Below are positions 1-12,954 of a stretch of 64,000 nucleotides of DNA, in pieces. Where the stretch lies: positions 15,500,001 to 15,564,000 of the forward strand of contig NC_091997.1 of the NCBI RefSeq assembly GCF_044704955.1, written 5' to 3'. The notes beneath the pieces were generated by a model. It was given only the letters and a program-made list of their open reading frames with translations. It did no database searches and was not told where the DNA came from. Each line of letters begins with the position of its first letter. The stretch's first letter is position 1. Made by a program: the position numbers and the translations under genes. This DNA is from Pristiophorus japonicus (taxonomy: Eukaryota).

Positions 1-520
1 GCTTTTTGTGGACAAGGCATACCTGGGCAATTATCCACATTGTTGGGTGGATGCCAGTACTGTAGCTATACCGGAACAACTTAGCTAGAGGCACAGCTAG
101 TTCTGGAGCACAGATCTTCAGCTATACGACCAGGATGTTGCCGAGGCCCGTAGCCTTTGCTGTGTCCAGTGCACTCAGCTGTTTCTTCATGTTACATGGG
201 GTAAATTGAATTGGCTGAAGACTGGCATCTCTGGTGTGGCATCAGGAACCGCAGGAGGAGGCTGAGAAGGATCATCCTCTCAGCACTTCTGGCTGATATT
301 GGTTGTAGATGTTGCAGCATTTCCTTTGTGCTGGGCTCTGCCATTGTTGAGGATGGGGATGTTGGTGGAGCATTCTCCTTCTTCTCCCATTACTTGCTTA
401 ATTGTCCACCACCAGTCATGATTTGATGCGGCCGGGTGAAAGAGCTTTGACCTGTTAGTTGTGGCATTGCTTAGCTATGTCTGTAGCATGCTGCTTTTGC
501 TGTTCAACATGCATGTAGTC
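1..520 (-). mobile_element. Fragment of a CR1-group LINE (second family, RT region), decayed
   Basis: Homologous to the LINE at 62680-64000. Window positions 1-40 match 63961-64000 with 4 mismatches. Confidence 0.8.
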
Positions 521-687
521 TTGTAGAAATGTAATGTACGCCAAAAAGAATTAAAGTGGAGGTCAGAAAAAAAATTGTATAGAAATAGTTAGAATTTGGT
601 ATTATCCATCGCAGATCCTTGCTGATATCCATAAATTCTTTAAAAAAAGGAATTTGTTACTTGGGAAAGAGAAATATATCCCCAAAG

Positions 688-1000
688 CCTTCCTAAACCT
701 CTCCACCTCTCTACCTTGCTTTCCTCCTTTAAGAAGCTCCTTAAAACCCATCTCTTTGACCAAGCTTTTGGTCATCTGCCGTAATTTCTTCTTATCTGGC
801 TCGGTGTCAAATTTATTTGTTCTGGCTTATAACACTCCTGTGAAGTGCCTTGGGATGTTTTACTACGTTAAAGGCACTATATAAATGCAGTACTACAACG
901 TCTGAGGTGCCTTCTTCGGCAGACATAAAAAATCCCATTACACTACTTGAAAAGAGCAGGGGTGTTCTCCTGATGTCCTGGCCAACATTTGTTCCTTATC
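688..1000 (+). mobile_element. L2-type 3' tail followed by a Deu-SINE fragment
   Basis: 'ctctttgaccaagcttttgg...tgtgaagtgccttgggatgttttactacgttaaaggcactatataaatgcag' is the reverse complement of the L2 end at 17600-17760. The following sequence matches the Deu-SINE body at 14460-14550. Confidence 0.7.
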
Positions 1001-1019
1001 TCTCTGTTAATTCCAGCCT

Positions 1020-2340
1020 CAAGAAAGCAGAGCGACAGTGTTCCTGACACCTTCTTGAACAGGTCAGTTAATCAGAAGACACCGCCTCCTATGCCCACAT
1101 GAATATAACTGTCCTCACCGCCATGGGTGTAAATATTTGTTGGGTCACCTGAGGCGAGATGGAAAATTGTCTATCACTTCTGGTCACCGTGGCTTGTCTG
1201 GCTTTAGTACAAATGACCCTTTTAAACCTACGTGAATTCACTTTGTTTTAAAACACATTGGGGGCACATCAGTACAACTGAAACAATACCTGGGATCACA
1301 GCATCTGTGTCCCTGAGATTTTGGAAATGATCCTATTAACAGTGTGTTTTTAATTTAATACTCCAGGGAACAGTAACTAGAAGCATATTTTTTTTATCAC
1401 AATCATTATACATTTCCTATTAAATTTTCTTTGGTTTCACATCCCAGTCTTATAAATTATGGTTCATATTTTCCCCCAAACTATCCTCAAATGTATCTCA
1501 ACTCGTTCTGTCATTGTCAATTTTCTGTCATTAAAAAAATGTAAACCGTATAGCTGGACTGTTGGTTCTATACCCTCAACAATAGATTTGGTTGTGATCA
1601 AGCAGCAAGAATAGCAATGACTCTGCACTTAGCCACTCCTATATCATCTCTGGGTGCGAAAGTATTTTAAAAATCAGACCCGAAGATAACAATAATGGCA
1701 TGGCTTGGACCATATATATAACATTGGAAAAATAAGGAGGAGAAATTTGCATGGTTTACGTCTTCTGTTATCGCCCCCGGCGGGGTGCTAACGGGGCACA
1801 ACCCATTTTCGCCTGGCGGCGGCCTGTTTTCTCACCCACTGCAGAAATGAGGCAATGCCCCGTGAGGCTGCCGTGCGTGATGTCAGCGCCAGCCTCGTGG
1901 GTCACGGACTCAGCCGCACACTGGTTTTGTGGGGCAAAACTTAAAGGGGAGGATCACGCTGCCATTTTGTTTTGTCCTCCGAATTACCAGACTGGCCTGC
2001 GTGAGGTTACCCGTGGGGTCCGTGCCGCGATGGTGCAGCCCAACCCTGTGATTGCGTCAATGCTACGCGGAGAGGCTGCGTAGCGCTCCGACTTTCGCGC
2101 CCCAGACTTGCCCCCGAAAGGAAGTGGCACGCCTGACATTGTGCTTCACTTCCTCTCGGGGACGGTAACCCCAGTTTCGGTCACGAGGCGAGAATTCCAC
2201 GCCCCCTAAATGTCAGTTGGGCTGAATCATTGAGACTCTGATTGACCTCCTTGGTCCTTCATTATTACAAAATCTATTGTTAAGGTGAGGATGGCTTTGC
2301 AACCAACAGTCTAATTACACCATTTGTCTTTGTTTATGGC
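1020..2340 (+). pseudogene. Endogenous totivirus-like RdRp (copy 1), N-terminal to central part, decayed, split by a MITE
   Basis: Collinear motifs versus recalled L-A Pol: HRLLCPHE (~1080) ~ HTHLRPDE; SWTVGSIPS (1552-1578) ~ EWVPGGSVHS; AWT..YNIGK (1703-1731, frameshift) ~ AWTSTKYEWGK; LITPF (~2312) ~ LITNF. Stops and frameshifts are present. Confidence 0.55.
1736..2206. mobile_element. Harbinger/PIF-type MITE
   Basis: GC-rich and non-coding, with imperfect terminal inverted repeats (ggaggagaaattt / gaattccacgcccc). TAA flanks both sides (1733-35, 2207-09). Confidence 0.7.
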
Positions 2341-2436
2341 AGTTAAGCTCAGTTGATACCACTCTTACCTGTGAGTTAAAAGGTTATGGGTTCTAAATTT
2401 GACTCCAGGACATAATCTAGGCCGACAGTGCTACAT

Positions 2437-3245
2437 TGAAACATAGAAACATAGAAAATAGGTGCAGGAGTAGGCCATTCGGCCCTTCGAGCCTGCACCG
2501 CCATTCAACAAGATCATGGCTGATCACCCACCCCAGCACCTCCCCCCCACGCCCCCTCCACACCCCCCGACCCCCCCCCCAGCCGCAAGGACCACATCCA
2601 ACTCCCTCCCGACCACATCCACTGAACTGGCATCAACAACTCTCCGCGGCAGGGAACCCCACAGGCCAACAACTCCCCGAGTGAAGAACTCTCTCCCAAT
2701 CCCAGCCCCAAACAGCCCACCCCCATCCCAAGAGCGTGCCACCTCCCAGCTCCGGACCCACCCAACACCGGGAACACTCCCCCCGCCTCATCCTGTCAGA
2801 ATCCTTCCCAAATGCCGAACACCCCCGGATGTCGAGCCCCCAGTCCTGGCCACCCCGGAGCCACGCCCCCGCGATGCCAACCACACCACATCCACCAACC
2901 GCCATCTGCGCAGTCAACCTGTCCACCCCACTCCGAGCACTCCCCGCACCAAGGCACAGAGCCCCCAGGCCCACCCCTCCAACACACTTCATCCCCCCCC
3001 AGATCTCCGCTGCAATGTGGCCCCTCCTGTCCCCCGCCCTGGGTTTCTCCGCCCCCCACCTCCACCGCTCTCCCCTCCATCCCCCGCCCCCGTCTCCCCT
3101 CAACTTCCCTCTGCCTCCCCGCACAGGCTCCCATCTTGGGGGCGGTAACCTTCTGGGGCAGGGAATTTTAGCCCCCAGTGTGGAAGTACTGCTCCTGCCG
3201 CAGAATTGGCCTTACCACCCCTCAATGGAAGCGGAGTGTAATTGA
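2437..3245. mobile_element. CR1 3' tail (minus) plus a C-rich non-autonomous DNA element, inserted into a Deu-SINE
   Basis: (ATAGAAAC) tail at 2437-2526. A low-complexity C-rich stretch ends in the MITE-like terminus gggaattttagcccc. SINE head at 2340-2436 resumes at ~3245. Confidence 0.55.
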
Positions 3246-3299
3246 AGGAGTGCTACATTGCTCAAGGTTCGATCTTTTGTATGAGATGTAAACCGAACG

Positions 3300-3682
3300 T
3301 AATCTTATTGAAACTTATAAGATTCTGAGGGGGCTTGACAAGGTCGATGCAGAGAGGATGTTTCCCCTCGTGAGGGAATCTAGAATGAGGGAGGCATAGT
3401 TTCAGAATAAAGGGTCACCCATTTAAAACGGAAATGAGGAAGAATTTCTTCTCTCAGAGGGTTGTGAAATTTTGGAATTCTCTACCCAGAGAGCTGTGGA
3501 GGCTTGGTCATTGAATATATTTAAGGTGGAGGTAGACAGATTTTTGAATGATAAGGGAATCAAGGGTTATGGAGAGCGGCAGGGAAGTGGAGTTGAGACC
3601 AAGGTCAGATCAGCCATGAATGGTAGAGCAGGCTCGAGGGGCCAAATGGCCTACTCCTGCTCCTATTTCTTACGTTCTTATG
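3300..3682 (+). mobile_element. CR1 LINE 3' fragment
   Basis: Encodes the ORF2 C-terminus (FKTEMRKNFFSQRVV), followed by the conserved CR1 3'UTR ...atggcctactcctgctcctatttctta. Confidence 0.9.
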
Positions 3683-4239
3683 AACTATCTCCCTATTCAG
3701 ATGGGCACAAAATATACAAAAATCAAAATAGAGCAGGAAACTATTCCAGTTTGGAACCAACATTCCTTCCCCGACCAACACTACCAAAATAGAGTAGCTG
3801 GTTATATCTCATTTGCTATTTGCGTGGCCATGTTGCGTGCAAACTGGCGGCTGCCTTCGCCCACAAACCAACAGTGGCCAGCCTTCAAAAAGTAATATTA
3901 TGGTTGTGAAGAAGCACTTTGGGATGTCCTGAAAATGTGAAAGGCACTGCACAAGTCCAAGTTCTTTTCTTTTTCCAAGTAAAAACGAATGATTATTTTG
4001 TTTTCTTTCTGCTCCACCCCAATTATCTCTCCTTTATCTTGAAGTGAGTCTAGACAGTGTCAGCAGACGGTTCAATCATGTGGCGTGGTGCAGCCGAGCC
4101 TATCACAACTGACATTTAGACAGGCACACTTTCTATTATGAGTCACTAGATAAAAATCAGCAGCAACAATCCAAACTGACGTACCCCTTTCTGACCCAGG
4201 TGCAGTAAGGTAGCCCCCTCGCTGCTGCCCAAGGTCGTG

Positions 4240-4573
4240 AAGGGGTTTAGAAAGAGGAGACTTCTTCGACAGCACCTCCCAAACCCGCAACTTCTATTAC
4301 CTAAGAGGACAAGGGCAGCAGGCGCATTGGAACACCATCGCCTCCAAGTTCCCCTCCAACAGCCCGACTTGGAAATATATCGCCGTTCCTTCATCGTCGC
4401 TGGGTCAAAATCCTGGAATTCCCTCCCTAACAGCACTGTGAGAGCACCTTCACCACACGGACTGCAGCGGTTCAAGACGGCGGCTCACCACCATCTTTTC
4501 AAGGGCGATTAGGGATAGGTAATATATTCTGGCTTTCCCAGTGATGCCCACATCCTGTGAATGAATAAAAAAA
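4240..4573 (+). mobile_element. 3' end of the second CR1-group LINE family
   Basis: RSFIVAGSKSWNSLP; terminus ...cagtgatgcccacatcctgtgaatgaataaaaaaa, also seen reversed at 62680-62760. Confidence 0.8.
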
Positions 4574-4626
4574 ATAGATATAAGATTAAATGCAAGAGAT
4601 TTACGACAGAGAACTTTTTTACACAC

Positions 4627-5290
4627 GGGGAAAAATTTGGGTGGTTTGCGCTGTCTGTTCGCGCCCCCGGGGGGTGCAAACGACTTTTTGCCTCGGCGCG
4701 GCACCGGTACCAAATCCCGCCATATTCCGCAGTAGTTTAGCGGCGGTGCAAACCGGTAGCGCCCCGCTCCTACCGGTAGCGCCTCGGGCTGCTGCACGGG
4801 TGGTGACGACGTCATCACCGTGCAGAGGGACTCGTTTTCACCCCGGAGCGAAAATTCAGTAACGCCCTGTGAGGCTGCACTGGGCGATGCCCATGACAGC
4901 TTCACGGGGCGTGTACCAGACTGAAGGCCACTCGCGGGGCGAACATTAAAGGGGAGGTGCCGTGCTGAAATTTTTTTAAATGGCCGACTTACCAGTCGTG
5001 GCCTTCTTTACAGCAGATCGCGGGATCCGTGCCACGATCTAGCAGTCTGGCACTCCGATGCCTGGTGGTCCAGCGAGGGCCCCTTCTCCCTCACGTAGAG
5101 TCGGCGGCTTGGCCCTCCCCTTTAATGGAAGGAGAGGGCCCTGTCTTCCCATCAGCGCTACGCACACTTCAGCATAGCGCTGGAAAAATCGCACTGGTTA
5201 ATGACCCGCCCCCGCTCCCAAGTGGAAGTGCAGCGCGAGATTTTGCACTCCACTTCCTGCCGGGGGTGGTAAGCCCAATTTAGCTTGCAA
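4627..5290. mobile_element. Harbinger-type MITE
   Basis: GC-rich; begins ggggaaaaatttggg and ends near cccaatttagc. Internal motifs are shared with the MITE at 1736-2206. Confidence 0.6.
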
Positions 5291-5454
5291 GGCATGACGT
5301 CTGCTTCTAGCGCAGGAAGTCCCGCCTCACGGCTGTTACCGACCCCAACCAAGGCGGTACACAATAACCTTACGCAAGAGTTATAAGGTTATGGAATACA
5401 CCGCTCACGTAACTGATTAAAGCAGAGACTAGGTCAACTCTTAAGAATGGGTTA

Positions 5455-7345
5455 TCATAGAATCATAGAATAGTTACAGTACAGAATGAGGTCATTTGGC
5501 CCGTTGAGCCTGTGCCGGCTCTCTGCAAGAACACTTCAGCTAGCCCCCCCTTCTCCGCCCTTTCCCCGTATCCCTGCAATTTGTTTTCCTTCAAGTAGTT
5601 ATCTAATTCCCTTATGAAAGTCATGATTGATTCAGCCTCCACCATCCTTTCAGGCAGTGCATTCCAGATTGTAACCACTCGCTGCGTAAAAAAGTTTTTC
5701 CTCATGTCGCTTTTGGATCTTCTGTCAATCACCTTAAATCTGTGTCCTCTCGACCCGTCCACCAACGGGAACAGTTTCTTTCTATCTATCCTGTCCAGAC
5801 TCTACCAAATCTTCTCTCCACATTCTCTGCTTCAAGGAGAACAACCTCAGCTTCTCTAGTCTATGCACGTAACTGAGGTCCCTCATCCATGCAACCATTC
5901 TCGTAAATCTTTTGTGCACCCTAATGCCTTCACATCCTTCCTAAAGTGTGGTGCCCAGAATTGGACACAATACTCCAGTTGAGGCCAAACTAGTGTCTTA
6001 TAAAGGTTTATCATAACTTCCACATTTTTATACTCTATGCCTCTATTTATGAAGCCCAAGATCCCGTATGCTTTTTTAACTGCTTTCTCAACCTGCCCTG
6101 CCACCTTCAATGATTTGTGTACATATACCCCCAGGTCTCTCTGTTCATGCACCACCTTTAGGATTGTACCCTTTAGTTTATATTGCCTCTGTTCATTCTT
6201 CCTACCAAAATGTATCACTTCGCACTTTTCTGCGTTAAATTTCATCTGCCACGTGTCCGCCCATTCCACCAGCCTGTCTGTGTCTTCTTGAAGTTTAGCA
6301 CTATCCTCCTCACTGTTCAGTATACTTCCAAGTTTTGTGTGATCTGCAAATTTTGAAATTGTGCCCTGTACACCCAAGTCCACATTATTATATATCAAGA
6401 AAAGCAATGGACCTAGTACCGACCCCTGGGGAACACCTTCCTCCAGTCCGAAAAACAACCATTTATAACTATTCTCTGTTTCCTGTCACTTGGCCAATAT
6501 CGTATCCATTCTGCCACTGTCCCTTTTATTCCATGGGCTTCAACTTTGCCGGCAAGACTATTATTGTGGCACTTTATCAAATGCCTTTTGGATGTCCAAG
6601 TATACCACGTCAACCGGATTGCCCTCATCAACACTTTTTGTTACCTCATCAAAAAACTCGATCAAGTTAGTTAAACACAATTTGCCTTTAACAAATCCGC
6701 GCTGGCTTTCCTTAATTAATCCACACTTGTTCAAGTGATTGTTAATTTTGTCCCTGATTATTGTTTCTAATAGCTTCCCCACTACCGAGGTTTAACTGAC
6801 TGGCCTACAGTTGCTGGGTTTATCCTTACCCCCTTTTTTGAACAAGGGTGTAACATTTGCATTTCTCCAGTTCTCTGGTACCACTCCTGTATCTAAGGAG
6901 GATTGGAGGATTATGGCCAGTACCTCCACGATTTCCACCTTAACTTCCCTCAGCATCCTAGGATCCATCTCATCTGGTCCTGTTGACTTATCTACTTTAA
7001 GTACACCTAACCTTTTTAGTACCTCCTCTTTATCAAATGTTGTCCCATCCAGTATTTCCACTACCTTCTCTTTCATTATCGCTTTGGCAGCATCTTCTTC
7101 CTTGGTGAAGACAGATGCAAAATACTAATTTTGTACTTCAACCACACCCTCTGCCTCCATGCGTAGATCTCCTTTTTGGTCCCTACTCGGCCTCACCCCT
7201 CCTCTCACCACCCGTTTACTATTTATATGCCTGTTGATGACTTTTGAATTCCCATTTATGTTAGCTGCCAATCTATTCTCATACTCTCTCTTTGCCCCGT
7301 CTTATTTTGTTTTTCACTTCTCCTCTGAACTTTCTATATTCAACC
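5455..7345 (-). mobile_element. CR1 LINE, 5'-truncated, degraded ORF2 (RT)
   Basis: Minus ORFs carry GVPQGSVLGP, KFAD(H)TKL, YLDIQKAFDKVP and NFFTQRVV. Confidence 0.95.
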
Positions 7346-7790
7346 GTTAGATAAGTGCTCTCTTAACATCAATTTTACAGAGAATGAATGCTAAACTCCT
7401 TTCTATTACAGCACCCCAGCTCATCCACTCCACAGAAAAAAGTTCAATATAGGGTGGCGGGGAGCCCTGCTGTGACTAGAAATATTTAAACAATGACTTG
7501 ACAATTAGCTGGCACTTATTGAGAGATAACTGCTTGCTAGTTAACACTACAGGAATGTTGGGTTATGTTTTTCCTGGGAACTCATAAAGCAAGGTAGGCA
7601 GTGCTCACCGAAAGTTTTGTTTCATATATTTTAAACAGCATGCTATCGTATTTGTTTTTTCATTTGCTCTTGCTGTGAGTTACTAATTTTCCTTGTGCCT
7701 ATAGATAAAACACCTCTGAGAAGTTTGTGGAAAATTGTTACATTCTAAGAGAACAAATTCCTTTCAATATTGTACTTTCTGATCTCCTCC
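7345..7790 (+). pseudogene. Possible C-terminal RdRp remnant of totivirus-like copy 1
   Basis: Unique sequence between TEs. ILQRMNAK ~ AMHRINAR and LIHSTE ~ LVHSRIE of L-A Pol; the match is weak. Confidence 0.25.
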
Positions 7791-8269
7791 GTTGGTTTAA
7801 TAGATAAACCACTGTTGGCCATCCGCACAGACCTACTCTGTGCGAAGTTGGCTGATTGCAGCTGCTGCAGTTGACCTCAGTGACCTTGGGGTCGGGAGGG
7901 GATGAATACCAGTCAGGATTGCAGCTCTTGATCATCAGACAATATACCATTCTGAAAAGCGTGCATGCTGGATGAGGATCAGGCCCAGCACCTGAACAGT
8001 ATGTATATACTCCCTGTCCCGGCTCCCAAACCAAGAATTTCAAATAGCCTTGGAATTGTACCTCAGTATAATACAGGACCTTGTAAGGCCCCAATATGAT
8101 GGGCCGGATGCGTGCATACATTTTCAGCCACGTTGGGAAAAAACAAAAAAGTGATTGTGCAGTGCCCACATCTGAAAAAGACGATAGGCTCTTTGCATAT
8201 GTAAATAAGGTGTCTAATGCCTAGTTGAGGCCCTCTCTGCAAATAATGATTTGCCCCGCAGAAAACCAT

Positions 8270-8875
8270 GCCTTGTTACCAACAAGGAATTAAATTTACT
8301 TGAATGTGGAGCTGGGAGGAGCAGGCAGGCTCCTCAATGCCTCACAGTTAAAGATCACGGGTGGCATGTATCTCACACTACTATATATAACTGTATCTTA
8401 CCATGTTATACATGACTGTAACTAGATATGACCTGTAACCACAAGCATACTTTACCACCAGGGGTGCACTTGCAGGAGACAATGCATACCTGTTCCACAC
8501 AGGTATATAAAGGCAGGTCTCAGACAAGTGTGGCACTCGAGAGCTGTGAAATAAAGGTGCAGGTCCAGAGTGACCTTGACTTCAGCATGTGCCTCGTGTA
8601 AGTCTGTACTGCAGGGTCAGGACTTTACAACGGGCCTTACTTCATAATGTAGCAGGCACTGCAGGGTGCTTGTCTGATGTGGGGGCAACATAATGTGACC
8701 ATTTTATCTCACGATAGGACACTCTGACCAGTAATTACAATATGACACTGAGCAGATGGTTAGCAGATTTCTGCTATCCTCAACAAAGACTCAATTTGTT
8801 GATTAATGCAAGAGTAGGATCCACGGAGTTGGCATAACAGTGAAGACTTCTCTTATGCAACAGTTTCCGAATCAG
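8270..8875 (+). pseudogene. Endogenous totivirus-like capsid (copy 2), N-terminal part, interrupted by a solo LTR
   Basis: GQHNVTILSHDRTL*PVITI*H*ADG (8683-8760) has the same G/V/L/DG spacing as L-A GNPTVCFNEGSSYLEGIAKKYLTLDG. LLLCNSFR (8847-8870) ~ ALLMNMLR. Confidence 0.5.
8362..8629 (+). mobile_element. Solo LTR (Gypsy-type)
   Basis: TG...CA ends; perfect 5-bp TSD ACGGG (8357-61, 8630-34); TATA-like gtatataaagg and AATAAA. Layout is similar to the LTRs at 34386 and 38278. Confidence 0.9.
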
Positions 8876-9765
8876 CCTTAGTAAAACTGAGGTTCTCTAT
8901 CAGCCTGCCCCTGGCACCACAGCACCTGCTCCTACAGTCGTCATCGGCAGTATACAACTAAAGTCAGTGGACAGCTTCAAGTACCTTGGCAGCACCATAT
9001 CAAGTGACGGGTCCTTGAACAAGGAGATTGATGCAAGGATCTGTAAAGCCAGCCAGGCACTTGGTCGCTTGCGCACTAAGGTGTTGAGTCACCACCACAT
9101 CCGACTGTCAACTAAACTGTTGGTGTATAGAGCAGTCGTTCTCTCATCTCTCCTTTATGGAAGTGAGACCTGGACACCCTACAGGCGTCACATCAAAAAT
9201 TTGGAAGCTTTCCATATGCGCAGTCTCAGATCTATACTCCACATACACTGGCAAGACCGGGTGTCAAACTTTGAGGTTCCAGAGAGAGCACAATTAACGA
9301 GCATCGAGGTGATGATCATGCGAGCCCAGTTCCGGTGGACTGGACATGTCATCCGCATGGATGAGTAAAGGATCCCTCGTCAGCTTCTTCACGGCGATCT
9401 CTGTGAAGGTCGAAGACACCAGGGGCACCCCCGCAAGCTACAAAGATTGCATCAAGGCTAACCTCCAGTACTGTGGCATACGACCAAAGGACCTCGAGAA
9501 TACAGCAGCTAATAAAATCCAGTGGTGAACCCTCACGAGGACTGCCTGCCAGACCTTCAAAGAAAGCTGATGTCAACACCTGCGGGACATCAGAGATAGA
9601 CGACATCAGGTGGCAGTACTGTCAGCATCAGGCACATCGAACTTCTCTTGTCCGACATGCAAGAGACTATGTGCATCCAGAATTGATCTATATAGCCACT
9701 TGAAGACACATCCATTGATGATTAGCACATCAACGTCTTTGTTGGATACAACAGACTACCAAGAG
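8876..9765 (+). mobile_element. RTE-clade LINE, 5'-truncated
   Basis: FKYLGSTIS..EIDARICKASQALGRL..LLYGSETW..RWTGHVIRM is a typical RTE ORF C-terminal region. Confidence 0.9.
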
Positions 9766-9792
9766 AGGTGTGACTAGATACCTGGAATAGTA

Positions 9793-9863
9793 TAACTCCT
9801 CCCCAACAGCACTAGCAAACACTCCTAGGGGGAGTGTTTGCTAGTGCTGTTGGGGAGGAGTTA
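9793..9863. repeat. Perfect 33-bp inverted repeat (fold-back) at the 5' end of a CR1
   Basis: 9793-9825 is the exact reverse complement of 9831-9863, with a 5-nt loop (taggg). Confidence 0.95.
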
Positions 9864-12800
9864 AACTAATATGGCAGGGGGATGGGAACCAATGCAGGGA
9901 GACAGAGGGAAACAAAAAGGAGACAACAGCAAAAGATAGAAAGGAGATGAGGAAAAGTGGAGGGCAGAGAAACCCAAGGCAAAGAACAAAAAGGGCCACT
10001 GTACAGCAAAATTCTAAAAGGACAAAGGGTGTTAAAAAAGCAAGCCTGAAGGCTTTGTGTCTTAATGCAAGGAGTATCCATAATAAGGTGGATGAATTAA
10101 CTGTGCAAATAGATGTTAACAAATGTGATGTGATTGGGATCACAGAGACGTGGCTCCAGGATGATCAGGGCTGGGAACTCAACATCCAGGGGTATTCAAC
10201 ATTCAGGAAGGATAGAATAAAAGGAAAAGGAGGTGGGGTAGCATTGCTGGTTAAAGAGGAGATTAATGCAATAGTTAGGAAGGACATTAGCTTGGATGAT
10301 GTGGAATCTATATGGGTAGAGCTGCAGAACACCAAAGGGCAAACAACGTTAGTGGGAGTTGTGTACAGACCTCCAAACAGTAGTAGTGATGTTGGGGAGG
10401 GCAACAAACAGGAAATTAGGGGTGCATGCAATAAAGGTGCAGCAGTTATAATGGGTGACTTTAATATGCACATAGATTGGGCTAACCAAACTGGAAGCAC
10501 TACGGTGGAGGAGGATTTCCTGGAGTGCATAATGGATGGTTTTCTGGACCAATATGTTGAGGAACCAACTAGGGGGGAGGCCATCTTAGACTGGGTGTTG
10601 TGTAATGAGAGAGGATTAATTAGCAATCTCGTTGTGCGAGGCCCCCTGGGGAAGAGTGACCATAATATGGTGGAATTCTGCATTAGGATGGAGAATGAAA
10701 CAGTTAATTCAGAGACCATGGTCCAGAACTTAAAGAAGGCTAACTTTGAAGGTATGAGGCATGAATTGGCTAGGATAGATTGGCGAATGCTACTTAAGGG
10801 GTTGACTGTGGATGGGCAATGCCAAACATTTAGAGACCGCATGGATGAACTACAACAATTGTACATTCCTGTCTGGCATAAAAATAAAAAAGGGAAGGTG
10901 GCTCAACCGTGGCTATCAAGGGAAATCAGGGATAGTATTAAAGCCAAGGAAGTGGCATAAAATTGGCCAGAAATAGCAGCGAACCTGGGGACTGGGGGAA
11001 ATTTCGAACTCAGCAGAGGAGGACAAAGAGTTTGATTAGGGCAGGGAAAATGGAGTACGAGGAGAAGCTTGCAGGGAACATTAAGATGGATTGCAAAAGT
11101 TTCTATAGATATGTAAAGAGAAAAAGGTTAGTAAAGACAAACGTAGGTCCCCTGCAGTCAGAATCAGGGGAAGTCATAACGGGGAACAAAGAAATGGCAG
11201 ACCAATTGAACAAGTACTTTGGTTCGATATTCACTAAGGAGGACACAAACAACCTTCCGGATATAAAAGGGGTCAGAGGGTCTAGTAAGGAGGAGGAACT
11301 GAGGGAAATCCTTATTAGTCGGGAAATTGTGTTGGGGAAATTGATGGGATTGAAGGCCGATAAATCCCAGGGCCTGATGGACTGCATCCCAGAGTACTTA
11401 AGGAGGTGGCCTTGGAAATAGCGGATGCATTGACAGTCATTTTCCAACATTCCATTGACTCTGGATCAGTTCCTATGGAGTGGAGGGTAGCCAATGTAAC
11501 CCCACTTTTTAAAAAAGGAGGGAGAGAGAAAACAGGTAATTATAGACCAGTCAGCCTGACCTCAGTGGTGGGTAAAATGATGGAATCAATTATTAAGGAT
11601 GTCATAGCAGCGCATTTGGAAAATGGTGACATGATTGGTCCAAGTCAGCATGGATTTATGAAAGGGAAATCATGCTTGACAAATCTTCTGGAATTTTTTG
11701 AGGATGTTTCCAGTAAAGTGGACAAGGGAGAACCAGTTGATGTGGTATATTTGGACTTTCAGAAGGCTTTCGACAAGGTCCCACACAAGAGATTAATGTG
11801 CAAAGTTAAAGCACATGGGATTGGGGGTAGTGTGCTGACATGGATTGAGAACTGGTTGTCAGACAGGAAGCAAAGAGTAGGAGTAAATGGGTACTTTTCA
11901 GAATGGCAGGCAGTGACTAGTGGGGTACCGCAAGGTTCTGTCCTGGGGCCCCAGCTGTTTACACTGTACATTAATGATTTAGACGAGGGGATTAAATGTA
12001 GTATCTCCAAATTTGCGGATGACACTAAGTTGGGTGGCAGTGTGAGCTGCGAGGAGGATGCTATGAGGCTGCAGAGTGACTTGGATAGGTTAGGTGAGTG
12101 GGCAAATGCATGGCAGATGAAGTATAATGTGGATAAATGTGAGGTTATCCACTTTGGTGGTAAAAACAGAGAGACAGACTATTATCTGAATGGTGACAGA
12201 TTAGGAAAAGGGGAGGTGCAACGAGACCTGGGTGTCATGGTACATCAGTCATTGAAGGTTGTCATGCAGGTACAGCAGGCAGTTAAGATAGCAAATGGCA
12301 TGTTGGCCTTCATAGCAAGGGGATTTGAGTACAGGGGCAGGGAGGTGTTGCTACAGTTGTACAGGGCCTTGGTGAGGCCACACCTGGAGTATTGTGTACA
12401 GTTTTTGTCTCCTAACTTGAGGAAGGACATTCTTGCTATTGAGGGAGTGCAGCGAAGGTTCACCAGACTGATTCCCGGGATGGCGGGACTGACCTATCAA
12501 GAAAGACTGGATCAACTGGGCTTGTATTCACTGGAGTTCAGAAGAATGAGAGGGGACCTCATAGAAACGTTTAAAATTCTGATGGGTTCAGACAGGTTAG
12601 ATGCAGGAAGAATGTTCCCAATGTTGGGGAAGTCCAGAACCAGGGGTCACAGTCTAAGGATAAGGGGTAAGCCATTTAGGACCGAGATGAGGAGAAACTT
12701 CTTCACCCAGAGAGTGGTGAACCTGTGGAATTCTCTACCACAGAAAGTTGTTGAGGCCAATTCACTAAATATATTCAAAAAGGAGTTAGATGAAGTCCTT

Positions 12801-12953
12801 ACTACTAGGGGGATCAAGGGGTATGGCGAGAAAGCAGGAATGGGGTACTGAAGTTGCATGTTCAGCCATGAACTCATTGAATGGCGGTGCAGGCTAGAAG
12901 GGCCGAATGGCCTACTCCTGCACCTATTTTTCTATGTTTTCTATGTTTCTATG
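9826..12953 (+). mobile_element. Young CR1 LINE with near-complete ORF2 (APE endonuclease + RT), one stop and one frameshift
   Basis: ORFs 9947-10960 (NARS, ITETW, GDFN, SDH), 10963-11421 and 11406-12851 (FADD); (TTTCTATG)n tail. Confidence 0.97.
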
Positions 12954-12954
12954 A

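Noticed and set aside
2436-3245. Multiple overlapping Pro/Gly-rich ORFs
   Set aside because: By-product of C-rich low-complexity sequence inside a non-autonomous element.
10165-10866. Long antisense ORFs over CR1 ORF2 (also 57810-58388 and 31174-31620)
   Set aside because: Recurrent shadows of the CR1 coding frame, with no independent evidence of function.
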